From the NCBI RefSeq assembly GCF_000155895.1, contig NZ_DS995298.1:1410001-1442000 (forward strand): a stretch of 32,000 nucleotides of DNA, in the 5' to 3' direction. The stretch comes from Candidatus Pelagibacter sp. HTCC7211. GTDB lineage: Bacteria; Pseudomonadota; Alphaproteobacteria; Pelagibacterales; Pelagibacteraceae. Shown in pieces: positions 10,108 through 18,187 of the stretch. Within the stretch, counting starts at the first letter, position 1. Each line of letters starts with the position of its first letter. Both the position numbers and the translations under genes were made by a program. A model generated the notes under the pieces. That model searched no databases. It saw nothing but the letters and a program-made list of their open reading frames with translations, and had not been told where the DNA came from.

Positions 10108-10218
10108 TTATATTAAGAATATTGCCATTAAAACTAAAACACCAATAACTGCGACTGTTCCCCACAACACAAATTTTGTGAAATTATTCCAGGTATTTTT
10201 ATGGTTTTCATTATCCAT
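10108..10218 (-). CDS. 36-aa single-pass membrane protein resembling bacterial aa3-oxidase subunit IV-like small proteins (COX4_pro_2-like); not in the ORF track
   Basis: Hand translation gives MDNENHKNTWNNFTKFVLWGTVAVIGVLVLMAIFLI*. It has ATG and TAA and sits exactly in the gap between rpmJ (5 nt upstream) and pntAA (9 nt downstream). The H..TW..F.K...WG motif plus TM helix recalls the COX4_pro_2 family. Family assignment is from memory, not from a search. Confidence 0.6.
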   Translation of the reverse strand: MDNENHKNTWNNFTKFVLWGTVAVIGVLVLMAIFLI

Positions 10219-10223
10219 AAAAA

Positions 10224-10349
10224 TTACTTCTGTCTTGCTTTAAATTTTGGATTAGTTTTATTGATAACGTACACACGACCTCTTCTTCTAACTAGTTTAG
10301 AATTAAGATCTCTTTTTTTAATCGACTTTAATGAGCTTTTTATTTTCAT
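10224..10349 (-). CDS. rpmJ: 50S ribosomal protein L36 (Cys-less form); not in the ORF track
   Basis: Hand translation gives [41 protein letters not shown] (41 aa). This closely matches the alphaproteobacterial L36 pattern MKI..SLKSLK.R......[20 protein letters not shown]. The ATG overlaps the TGA of the upstream SDR gene (ATGA at 10346-10349). Confidence 0.9.
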   Translation of the reverse strand: MKIKSSLKSIKKRDLNSKLVRRRGRVYVINKTNPKFKARQK

Positions 10350-11233
10350 AATTTTTCACCTTTAATAAACGAAGTTACATAATCTTTCAAATCTATTTTT
10401 CCATATTTATTAATTATTTTACGATTATTTGACATTTTAGTTAATGCTGATGCATATCGTTCACCTAGTCTAGGATTTAGATAGATTACTTTTGACTTAA
10501 ACATTTTAGCAAGACTTATAATGGAATACGATTTTTTATGACTAATACTATAATGATGACATTTATTTTTCTTCCAAGCATCAATACAAACATTAATAGT
10601 ATCATCTATATGAGTGAATCTTCTGGTTTGAGTTCCAGGTTTTACAATTGTTAGAGGTTTATTATTTGAATATTGATTTTCAAAAATTCCAACAACTGTA
10701 GCCATGTTTCCTACTTTGATTTGACCTGGACCGTAAACATTGTAAAAATAAATAACTTCAAATTTAAAATTAAACCATTTTCTTAAATTTTCTAATAATT
10801 CTAAATTTTTAGACTTTGTAAAGGCATATGGAGATAAATTTTTATCGCCACCCTTATTTCCTAAAGATGCAGAAGTTGCTGAATAAATAAGTTTTATATT
10901 ATTATCTAAACAAAATTTAAAAACTTCATTTGAACCAATAGAATTTGATTTAAAGCATTCATCAAATCTTTTAAAACTTTGATAAATTCTAGCAAATTCT
11001 CCAAAATGAAAAATTGAATGAATTTGACTCTTTATCTTGTTAAAAAGATTTGAAATATTAACAGTATTTCCTTTCACATACTTTACTCTGATATTTTTTA
11101 AATGATTATTTTTATTTCCTGAGGAATAATTATCTAAACTTATGATTTTTTTATTAGTTTTTTTTAATAATGATTTAATTAAATTCGAGCCAACAAATCC
11201 AGCACCACCAGTTACAATTATGAGATTTTTCAT
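10346..11233 (-). CDS. NAD-dependent epimerase/dehydratase family protein (extended SDR, nucleotide-sugar type)
   Basis: 295 aa counted from the internal ATG at 11233: [18 protein letters not shown] (Rossmann motif), then SPYAFTKSK (YxxxK). The 38 extra N-terminal codons in track ORF 10346..11347 are a read-through of the 5S rRNA gene and are discarded. Confidence 0.85.
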   Translation of the reverse strand: MKNLIIVTGGAGFVGSNLIKSLLKKTNKKIISLDNYSSGNKNNHLKNIRVKYVKGNTVNISNLFNKIKSQIHSIFHFGEFARIYQSFKRFDECFKSNSIGSNEVFKFCLDNNIKLIYSATSASLGNKGGDKNLSPYAFTKSKNLELLENLRKWFNFKFEVIYFYNVYGPGQIKVGNMATVVGIFENQYSNNKPLTIVKPGTQTRRFTHIDDTINVCIDAWKKNKCHHYSISHKKSYSIISLAKMFKSKVIYLNPRLGERYASALTKMSNNRKIINKYGKIDLKDYVTSFIKGEKL

Positions 11234-11242
11234 TTTAGAATA

Positions 11243-11360
11243 TGCCTGGCAATGTCCTACTCTTCCGTGTCTTAAGACAAAGTACCATTGGCGCTGAAAG
11301 GCTTGACTTCCGAGTTCGGAATGGGATCGGGTATTACACTTTCGCAATAATTACCAGGCA
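11243..11360 (-). rRNA. rrf: 5S ribosomal RNA
   Basis: The minus-strand sequence is TGCCTGGTAATTATTGCGAAAGTGTAATACCCGATCCCATTCCGAACTCGGAAGTCAAGCCTTTCAGCGCCAATGGTACTTTGTCTTAAGACACGGAAGAGTAGGACATTGCCAGGCA (118 nt). The termini pair over 9 bp (helix I). It contains the universal CCGAACTCGGAAGT.AAGC, GCGCCAATGGTACT and AGAGTAGGACA blocks. It is a locally GC-rich island in AT-rich DNA. End coordinates are accurate to 1-2 nt. Confidence 0.95.
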
Positions 11361-11469
11361 CTGTCTATTACTAAAATTAGTTAACAATGTAAAGATTTAT
11401 TTATGTTTATTAAAATATTTAAAAAACCCAAAATATGACAATTGAAGTTTAGTTATAGGCTCTATTAAT

Positions 11470-12528
11470 TTAGTTTTTTCTATTTAATTTATTTTGTCCT
11501 AATATATTTGAGAAAATAACATAAATTACTCCAAATATAATACCAATGAAAATCGAAAAGTATAAATACTTCTTTTCATCTTTTAATGAATTTACGGATA
11601 TTAAAAATAAATTATAATCGACTAAATTAATTTTTTCAGTTTTTAATATTTCTATTCTTTCTTTTATCTTTTTAATATCCTTATACTCTCGATTTTCTAT
11701 TAGCGAAATTTCTTTGTCTATTGCTTTATATCCTTGCAAATAGTATCCAATGTTGTTGGTGGTAACATTTACTGCGATTTTATCTTGTGGCAAATTAACA
11801 GTATCTACTTGATTTTCTGCTATATTTAGTTCTTTTGCAATTGCACTTTGTTCTGTTAAAAATAGTATTCTACTTTCATTTTCGCTAATTTTTATCTCCT
11901 TTTTAATTTTTAAAAAATAATCTAAATCTTTAAAAACTGATTTATGTAAATTAATCTTTGTGAGATTTAATGTTTCGCTTAGAATTTTTAGACCTTCCTC
12001 GCTATCTCCCCATATAAGTTTTATGACATATCCAAGATCTTTATTAGTTTCATCTAATCTTTGAAGAGAAAGTAATTTTGAATATTTCAGCATTTGTCTT
12101 TGTCTTTCAATTTCAGTTTGAAGAGTATTTTCATCTATATAAGAATTACTTTCTAAAACGTTTATAAATTCCTCAAAATCTAAAAATTCTTTAACAAATC
12201 GATCTATCATTGTTATTTCGTTTACTTGGAGTTCTTGGTTAATTTCCAATTGCTGGTTTGTAAAATGTTTTTGAGTTGAATTATTTAACAAACTTGAAAT
12301 TAACATTTGATTTATAGGTATAAATTTAACAAAATTTGAATTCTTACTTGGTTGAATAGTAATTGAAAGCTTAAATGAATTTGGTATTTTACTAGTATAA
12401 CCTACGCCAATTAATGTGAAGATAATTGTTATTAAAAAAATTTTTACTTTTCCATTCCAAATTATTTGCAAAATTTCAATAAATTCTATGTCATTATTGT
12501 ATCTGTATAAAGGAATTTTTTTTTTCAT
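11470..12528 (-). CDS. wzz: Polysaccharide co-polymerase / O-antigen chain-length determinant (Wzz-like, PCP-1 topology)
   Basis: 352 aa. The N-terminal Wzz pattern is IEFIEILQIIWNGKVKIFLITIIFTLIGVGY (TM1). A long Glu/Lys/Leu-rich, probably coiled-coil periplasmic region follows, then the C-terminal TM2 YLYFSIFIGIIFGVIYVIF. Confidence 0.75.
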   Translation of the reverse strand: MKKKIPLYRYNNDIEFIEILQIIWNGKVKIFLITIIFTLIGVGYTSKIPNSFKLSITIQPSKNSNFVKFIPINQMLISSLLNNSTQKHFTNQQLEINQELQVNEITMIDRFVKEFLDFEEFINVLESNSYIDENTLQTEIERQRQMLKYSKLLSLQRLDETNKDLGYVIKLIWGDSEEGLKILSETLNLTKINLHKSVFKDLDYFLKIKKEIKISENESRILFLTEQSAIAKELNIAENQVDTVNLPQDKIAVNVTTNNIGYYLQGYKAIDKEISLIENREYKDIKKIKERIEILKTEKINLVDYNLFLISVNSLKDEKKYLYFSIFIGIIFGVIYVIFSNILGQNKLNRKN

Positions 12529-12637
12529 TGAATTTAATCGTAAATTTTTAACATAATTTATAATTATGTTTTATTAAACTAATCAATCAAAATTACAAAT
12601 AAATATTTCTTATAAAATTTCACTTGATTACAAGACA

Positions 12638-13906
12638 TTAATTAACACTTTTTTTTTTAAAAATATTTTTTTTTGAATAAATAGATTGAAGATAAAAACC
12701 TACAGGTAGACTGTAAACTATTATTAGCCAATTATTGAAAAAATTGCCATTTGGAGAAAATGGCCATGTAGTTATTAATAATCCAGCTAACAAACATACT
12801 TGATAATCTGTAAAATATCTTTTTTGTTTAAATAAAATAGTCTTAATCTGTCTTAAAGCAGAATATAGAACATAACATATTGCGCTTAACAAAAAAATAA
12901 ATCCTACAATTCCAGTTTCTGCTAATAATTGTACATAAAAATTATGAGGATGAGTACTACATGGTTGTTGTCCTGTTGAATATTTGGAGTCGGAACATTT
13001 TATTCTAAACATTTTGGGGCCATGACCAAAAATAGGTTTGTCTTGAAACATTTTATATGCTGTTTTTAAATGACTATCATGAACAGGAGTAAAAATTGTT
13101 TTTTGGTTTGAGCTTTTGATTAAACCCATGTTTTTAGCAGGCGACAAAAACATCCTATCAGTTAAATTAGATGAATTTAGACTTAAAATAACGACAAAAA
13201 ACATTGCCACAATAAATGTGACTAATCTAAATTTTTGATATTTTTTGATCAAAAGAATTATAAATACAGTTGATAAATTTAAAAAAAAGAATGCAGTCCT
13301 TTCGCCAGACATAAATATTAAAACATCAACTAAAATAAATAAAATTCCTATAAAATAAATTTCAAATTTTTGTTTTGGTTTGATTAAAAATAAAGCAAAT
13401 AATAAAGGAAACAATCTTGATAAATAAGAGCCCATGACAAGTTCATCACCAAATAAGGATGAAATCCTATTTCCTATTGTTTCCAATCCTAATAAATTTT
13501 TTCCCGTTAAATATTGAAAATAACCATCAATTACCAAAACTGAAAAACATAAAATTAAAGCATAATAAAAATAAATTAAAATACTTTTATCTTTATCTAT
13601 CAAATACCAAATCAAACAGCTGAATATTCCTATTCTAAAATAAAATAAAGAACTTTTTACACTTAAAGATATATCTTCAGCCTCTAAGCTTAATAAAGTA
13701 GATATAATACAAAATGATAAAAATATAATAAATGGTATGTTATTAAAATAATAAAAATTATTATTTTGCAATACAAAATATAAAAAAAATAAAGATGAAA
13801 CACTTACTATTAAATCTGGAAAAAAAGGCCCCGAAATTAAAAAGGGAATTACAGACACAACTATTAAATTAATTAAAATTTTATTCGAGTATTTAAATTT
13901 ATTCAT
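12638..13906 (-). CDS. Wzy_C-domain membrane protein (O-antigen ligase WaaL family; an O-oligosaccharyltransferase or polymerase role is also possible)
   Basis: 422 aa with about 10-12 predicted TM segments. The periplasmic loop carries SGERTAFFF, FGHGPKMF and the Wzy_C hallmark HPHNFYVQLLAETGIVGF. Confidence 0.75.
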   Translation of the reverse strand: MNKFKYSNKILINLIVVSVIPFLISGPFFPDLIVSVSSLFFLYFVLQNNNFYYFNNIPFIIFLSFCIISTLLSLEAEDISLSVKSSLFYFRIGIFSCLIWYLIDKDKSILIYFYYALILCFSVLVIDGYFQYLTGKNLLGLETIGNRISSLFGDELVMGSYLSRLFPLLFALFLIKPKQKFEIYFIGILFILVDVLIFMSGERTAFFFLNLSTVFIILLIKKYQKFRLVTFIVAMFFVVILSLNSSNLTDRMFLSPAKNMGLIKSSNQKTIFTPVHDSHLKTAYKMFQDKPIFGHGPKMFRIKCSDSKYSTGQQPCSTHPHNFYVQLLAETGIVGFIFLLSAICYVLYSALRQIKTILFKQKRYFTDYQVCLLAGLLITTWPFSPNGNFFNNWLIIVYSLPVGFYLQSIYSKKNIFKKKSVN

Positions 13907-13937
13907 AAAAAATTTAGAATTAAATTTATAAAAAGTA

Positions 13938-15917
13938 TTAAGTCTTGATCCTTACTACTTTATTTTCTTGATCCTTAACTTTAGTAGATTTTTTTAAATC
14001 ATTTTTATTTTTTAGACTCTCTTCATAATAAAGATCAACAATTTTTGAATTTGATTTATAACTAGGGACCAATCTATGCAACATATCTTTAATTTCAGAT
14101 GCCCTATTATCTTCAACTAAAACTGATAAATTATCCAATTCTATTTTAAGTTGATCAAATGGAATGAAGGGGTCTTGAGCTTTTTGAATTTTATCATGAT
14201 AAGTTTTTTGAGGATTATCTCCTAACAATAGTTCTTCATATAATTTTTCTCCTGGTCTAAGTCCTATAATCTTGACTTCTATGTCTCCCCCTAAATTATT
14301 ATTATCTTTGACAGATAAACCTGAAAGTTTAATCATTTTATTAATTAAATCTCTAATTTTTACACTTTTTCCCATATCAAGAACAAATACCTCACAAGCT
14401 TCAGACATCGCACCTGCTTGTATAACCAATTGTGATGCCTCAATTATCGTCATAAAATATCTTGTGACCTCTGGATGAGTTAAAGTTACTGGGCCTCCCT
14501 GTCTAATTTGTTTTTTAAATTTTGGAATTACAGAACCTGATGATTGTAAAACATTGCCAAAACGAACAATAGCAAATTTTGTGTTTTTATTTTCTTTATT
14601 ATAAAGAGCTTGTATACAAATTTCAGCAAGTCGTTTACTCGCACCCATAACATTCGTTGATCTTACTGCTTTATCACTAGAGATCAGAACAAAATTTGAA
14701 ACATTATTTTGAATCGCAGTTTGTGCAATTGAAAAAGTTCCAAAAACATTATTTTTAATGCTTTCACAAATATTTTCTTCAACTAAAGGTACATGTTTAT
14801 AAGCTGCAGCATGATAAACCGTATCTACTTTAAAAGTTCTAAAAACTTCGTTCAACCTTGATATGCTTTGAACATTAAGCAGTAAAGGAACATAATTTAA
14901 ATTTTGATTTAAATTTTTTAGCTCTTCATAAATATTATAAAGGGCAAACTCATTTAACTCTATGAGTAACAATTTTTTTGGTTTTAATCTTGTTATTTGA
15001 CGACATAATTCAGAACCAATTGAGCCTCCTGCACCTGTTACTACCACAACTTTAGAGCTAACATTTTTAGATAACAATTCAATATCTGGTTTAACTTGTT
15101 CTCTGTTTAAAAGATCTTCAATAATTAAATCTTTAATATCAGAAACTGATATTTTTCCATCTACAATATCCTGAATACTTGGCAATGTTTTAACCGATAT
15201 TTTATGTTTATTTAAATCATTAATAATTTCATTTCTCTTTTTTCGACTAATTGATGGAAGTGCAAGTAAAACTAGATCAATATTTTTTGAATTTATTAAT
15301 TTACTTATATTAATTGGGTCAAAAACTGTTTGACCCAATACTGTTTGGTTGTGAAATTGTTTATTGTCATCTAAAAAACCTACCGCTTTCATTTCAGGAT
15401 TATTTTCTAAACTAAGTAACAACTGTCTACCGGCATTACCAGCTCCATAAATTAATAATTTTTTTTTATTTTCTATATTTTTTATAGATGTGTTAATTGG
15501 AAACAAAAATTTAATTGCTATTCTTGAACTTGTAATTCCTAGAAATAATAATAATGGTTGAATAATTCCAATAGATCTAGGAATGCCTTGTATTCCAAAA
15601 ATACTTATAATTGAAAAATAAATTATTCCATATACTAATACGGCAACTGATACAGTAAAAATTATAGATGTTCCTCCAAAACGTAGTATTGTTCTATATA
15701 AACCATGAAGCCAAAAAATTGGTATAGCTATAATTGTGGAAATTAATACTGCAAGAATAGTTATATCATTAATTTTTATAAATTGTTCTAATCTCAAATA
15801 AAAAGCTAGCCAAGTACATGAAATACATAAACCTAAATCAATAATAATGGTAATAATCCTCTTAGCAAAACGTGGTAAATTAATTATATTTTTTGAAGCT
15901 TCTGTTAAAAATGACAT
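13938..15917 (-). CDS. Membrane-anchored nucleotide-sugar 4,6-dehydratase (CapD/WbpM/PglF family, Polysacc_synt_2)
   Basis: 659 aa. Has four N-terminal TM helices, a first Rossmann-like motif LLIYGAGNAGRQL, a second VVVTGAGGSIGSEL, and the catalytic region SSDKAV.STNVMGASKRLAE. Confidence 0.88.
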   Translation of the reverse strand: MSFLTEASKNIINLPRFAKRIITIIIDLGLCISCTWLAFYLRLEQFIKINDITILAVLISTIIAIPIFWLHGLYRTILRFGGTSIIFTVSVAVLVYGIIYFSIISIFGIQGIPRSIGIIQPLLLFLGITSSRIAIKFLFPINTSIKNIENKKKLLIYGAGNAGRQLLLSLENNPEMKAVGFLDDNKQFHNQTVLGQTVFDPINISKLINSKNIDLVLLALPSISRKKRNEIINDLNKHKISVKTLPSIQDIVDGKISVSDIKDLIIEDLLNREQVKPDIELLSKNVSSKVVVVTGAGGSIGSELCRQITRLKPKKLLLIELNEFALYNIYEELKNLNQNLNYVPLLLNVQSISRLNEVFRTFKVDTVYHAAAYKHVPLVEENICESIKNNVFGTFSIAQTAIQNNVSNFVLISSDKAVRSTNVMGASKRLAEICIQALYNKENKNTKFAIVRFGNVLQSSGSVIPKFKKQIRQGGPVTLTHPEVTRYFMTIIEASQLVIQAGAMSEACEVFVLDMGKSVKIRDLINKMIKLSGLSVKDNNNLGGDIEVKIIGLRPGEKLYEELLLGDNPQKTYHDKIQKAQDPFIPFDQLKIELDNLSVLVEDNRASEIKDMLHRLVPSYKSNSKIVDLYYEESLKNKNDLKKSTKVKDQENKVVRIKT

Positions 15918-15921
15918 AGCG

Positions 15922-16449
15922 TTATAATTTTAAGATTGTTCTCAATATATAGTAAAAATAATAAAATAAATTCATATTCTTTATCATTTTAGAGTCTGTT
16001 TTTGCTAACTGTGTAGGCGTTTGCATATTGACACCTGATATTTGAGCAAGACCAGTAATTCCTGGTTTTACTTTAAATACTCCTCTTTTTTTTCGTTCAG
16101 CAATTAATTTTTCTTGATTTAATAAGCAGGGTCTGGGCCCAACTAAACTCATATCACCTAAAAGCACATTAAATAATTGTGGAATTTCATCTAATTTAGT
16201 TCTCCTTAGAAAATAACCAAAGGAGGTAAATTTTATATCCCTTATTAAATGTGTCCCAACTGATTTGGTTTTTTTTGGCATTGTTCTAAATTTTATTAAT
16301 GTAAAAGATTTAAGATTTCGACCAACTCGTTTCTGTAAAAATATTGGAGAACCATTATCAAATGCACCTATCATCCATAGCAAAATTAAAAAAGGTGATA
16401 AAAAAATTATCCCTGTTAATGAAAAAAAAATATCAAAAATACGGATCAT
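15922..16449 (-). CDS. Small monotopic phosphoglycosyltransferase (Bac_transf family, PglC/WbaP-C-terminal type); initiating enzyme
   Basis: 175 aa. The N-terminal re-entrant helix is IFFSLTGIIFLSPFLILLW. Motifs SPIFLQKRVG, KFRTM, the catalytic dyad context KLDEIPQLFNVLLGDMSLVGPRP, and KPGITG. The ATG overlaps the stop of the upstream gene (ATGA at 16446-16449). Confidence 0.9.
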   Translation of the reverse strand: MIRIFDIFFSLTGIIFLSPFLILLWMIGAFDNGSPIFLQKRVGRNLKSFTLIKFRTMPKKTKSVGTHLIRDIKFTSFGYFLRRTKLDEIPQLFNVLLGDMSLVGPRPCLLNQEKLIAERKKRGVFKVKPGITGLAQISGVNMQTPTQLAKTDSKMIKNMNLFYYFYYILRTILKL

Positions 16450-17426
16450 TTACCCTGAATCATTCTTCTTATACCTTCTACAACACTTAAAGGAGGTGTC
16501 CAATTTAATTCCTTTTGAGTATACCTGCTATCTATTTTTAAAGATCCAACTAATCGATTAATTTCTGCTTGTTTACCAAAAATTAAGCCTAGCAGTTTAA
16601 GTAAAAAAAAAGGAATAGGAAAAAATCGAGCTCTATGTCCCATTGAATTTGCAATATATCTTATAAAATCAGGTGTAGATAAATCTTCTCCATCTGAAAC
16701 TAAAAAAGTTTTTCCAGCAGCGTTAGGATGATCAACACATGTAATTAATAGATCAACTAAATTATCTATTCCAATCATAGAGCGTTGATTTTTAACCATT
16801 CTCAATGGAAGGGGGATGCGGAATGCTACAAGTTTTAACAAATTTGCTAAGTTTCCTTTTGCGCCATAACCATACACTAATGGCAAGCGAAGTATTGAAA
16901 CTTCTAATCCTGTTCTGGAAGAAATTTCCCACAAAGCATTTTCAGCTTCAAATTTAGATACTGCATAAGAGTCTTGTGGATTTGGTAAGTCATTATAACT
17001 AAATATTTTCTTTCTCTGATGATAAGAAATATCTTTATTATCAATATTATAAGTACACTCTCCATTAACCTTTACTGAACTTAAAAATATAAATCTTTTA
17101 ACTTCTGCTTTAGACGCTTGTTCAGCAAGTTGTTTGGTGCCTTCGACATTTACTGATTGAAAAATTTTAGATGTATCATTTTTCTTTTCATTCATTATAT
17201 GCGCTCTTCCAGCACAATGAATAATGCAATCAACATCAACTAAAATATCTTTCCAGTTTGTTTTAAGACTAATATCTTCTACTAATACATATTCAATATC
17301 AGTATTTTTTGAAAATGAATTAATAGTTCTTACTGTGCCACGAATATGTTTGCCTGATTTTGACAATTTCTCGCTTAGAGATTTTCCAATAAATCCCGAT
17401 GTTCCTGTAATTAAAATTTTTTTCAC
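16446..17426 (-). CDS. NAD-dependent nucleotide-sugar epimerase/4-reductase (extended SDR, WbpK/WreQ-like context)
   Basis: 326 aa. Motifs MKKILITGTSGFIGKSL and DSYAVSKFEAE (YxxxK). It sits directly upstream of the phosphoglycosyltransferase and the CapD-like dehydratase. Confidence 0.8.
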   Translation of the reverse strand: MKKILITGTSGFIGKSLSEKLSKSGKHIRGTVRTINSFSKNTDIEYVLVEDISLKTNWKDILVDVDCIIHCAGRAHIMNEKKNDTSKIFQSVNVEGTKQLAEQASKAEVKRFIFLSSVKVNGECTYNIDNKDISYHQRKKIFSYNDLPNPQDSYAVSKFEAENALWEISSRTGLEVSILRLPLVYGYGAKGNLANLLKLVAFRIPLPLRMVKNQRSMIGIDNLVDLLITCVDHPNAAGKTFLVSDGEDLSTPDFIRYIANSMGHRARFFPIPFFLLKLLGLIFGKQAEINRLVGSLKIDSRYTQKELNWTPPLSVVEGIRRMIQGK

Positions 17427-17431
17427 TAAAA

Positions 17432-18187
17432 TTACCTTTTTAAAAATTGATTAAATCGAGAAATTAACTTATTAATAAAAAAACTTATTGGGTTTACTGA
17501 TAAGCCATTTTTTTTAAATGAATTAAAAACTTCCATATTTTGAGTCCAAATATTTCGTATACTTTTATTTGTGGTACCGCCGATTCGCATCTTAATCCAA
17601 ACTTTAGGTACGTATCTAGACTTAATTTTATGAACTTCAAGAAATCTCATCATAAGCTCGACATCTGAAGCTATATTATAATTGATATCAAAATTACCCA
17701 AATCTTCATATACGGAACGACGAACAAAAAAAGTTGGGTGCGGCGGGCACCATCCTTTTGAAAATAAACCTTCTTTAAATTCACAGGATTTTACATAACG
17801 AATAATCTTTGAGGTATCAGATTTTCCAACATATATTAAATCTGCATAACAAGCATCTATTGAAGAGTCTTTCTTAAATTCTTTCACAACTTCAGAAATT
17901 ACATTATTGTTTATATAAAAATCATCAGAATTTAAAAAACCAATAATATCACCTGATGCAATACCAATTCCCTTATTCATAGCATGATAAATGCCTCCGT
18001 CTTTCTCGCTAATTAATGATGCAAATTGATGACGTTTTGACTCTAAAATTGATAAAGTTCCATCAGTACTAGCTCCATCAATTATGATATGTTCAATATC
18101 AGAATATTTTTGTAATTTAACTGAAGCTAAACAATCATTAATAACGGAAAAACTATTAAATGCTACTGTAATGATAGATACTTTCAT
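17432..18187 (-). CDS. Glycosyltransferase family 2
   Basis: 251 aa. Motifs VSIITVAFNS, IIIDGASTDGT and the DxD motif NSDDFY. Confidence 0.85.
   Translation of the reverse strand: MKVSIITVAFNSFSVINDCLASVKLQKYSDIEHIIIDGASTDGTLSILESKRHQFASLISEKDGGIYHAMNKGIGIASGDIIGFLNSDDFYINNNVISEVVKEFKKDSSIDACYADLIYVGKSDTSKIIRYVKSCEFKEGLFSKGWCPPHPTFFVRRSVYEDLGNFDINYNIASDVELMMRFLEVHKIKSRYVPKVWIKMRIGGTTNKSIRNIWTQNMEVFNSFKKNGLSVNPISFFINKLISRFNQFLKR

Noticed and set aside
11234-11445. The N-terminal 38 codons of track ORF 10346..11347 (MRKCNTRSHSELGSQAFQRQWYFVLRHGRVGHCQAYSK) and the + strand ORF 11242..11445.
   Set aside because: Both are translations of the 5S rRNA gene, whose helix I pairing and universal 5S blocks are all present. 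The SDR protein begins at the internal [16 protein letters not shown] (ATG at 11233).
12516-12525. Homopolymeric A/T tracts of 10-12 nt as possible slipped-strand phase-variation switches in glycan genes. Examples: A10 right after the wzz ATG; 12-nt tracts at 23141-23152 (GT4), 26590-26601 (SDR) and 28478-28489 (rfbG); 11-nt tracts at 25163-25173 and 30764-30774.
   Set aside because: All of these examples encode Lys runs in frame. An equivalent 10-nt tract occurs in the core gene pntAA (9765-9774). This fits the AAA-codon bias of a very AT-rich genome rather than a dedicated contingency locus. It could only be revived by population data showing length polymorphism.
12550-12570. A perfect 9-bp inverted repeat AACATAATT-TAT-AATTATGTT upstream of wzz, overlapping the candidate -10 hexamer. 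It could be an operator or a terminator.
   Set aside because: The stem is nearly all A:T (one G:C pair) and thermodynamically weak, with no U-tract on the transcribed strand. A rough estimate (about 0.38 to the 9th power per position, across 32 kb and several loop sizes) predicts tens of such palindromes by chance in this composition.
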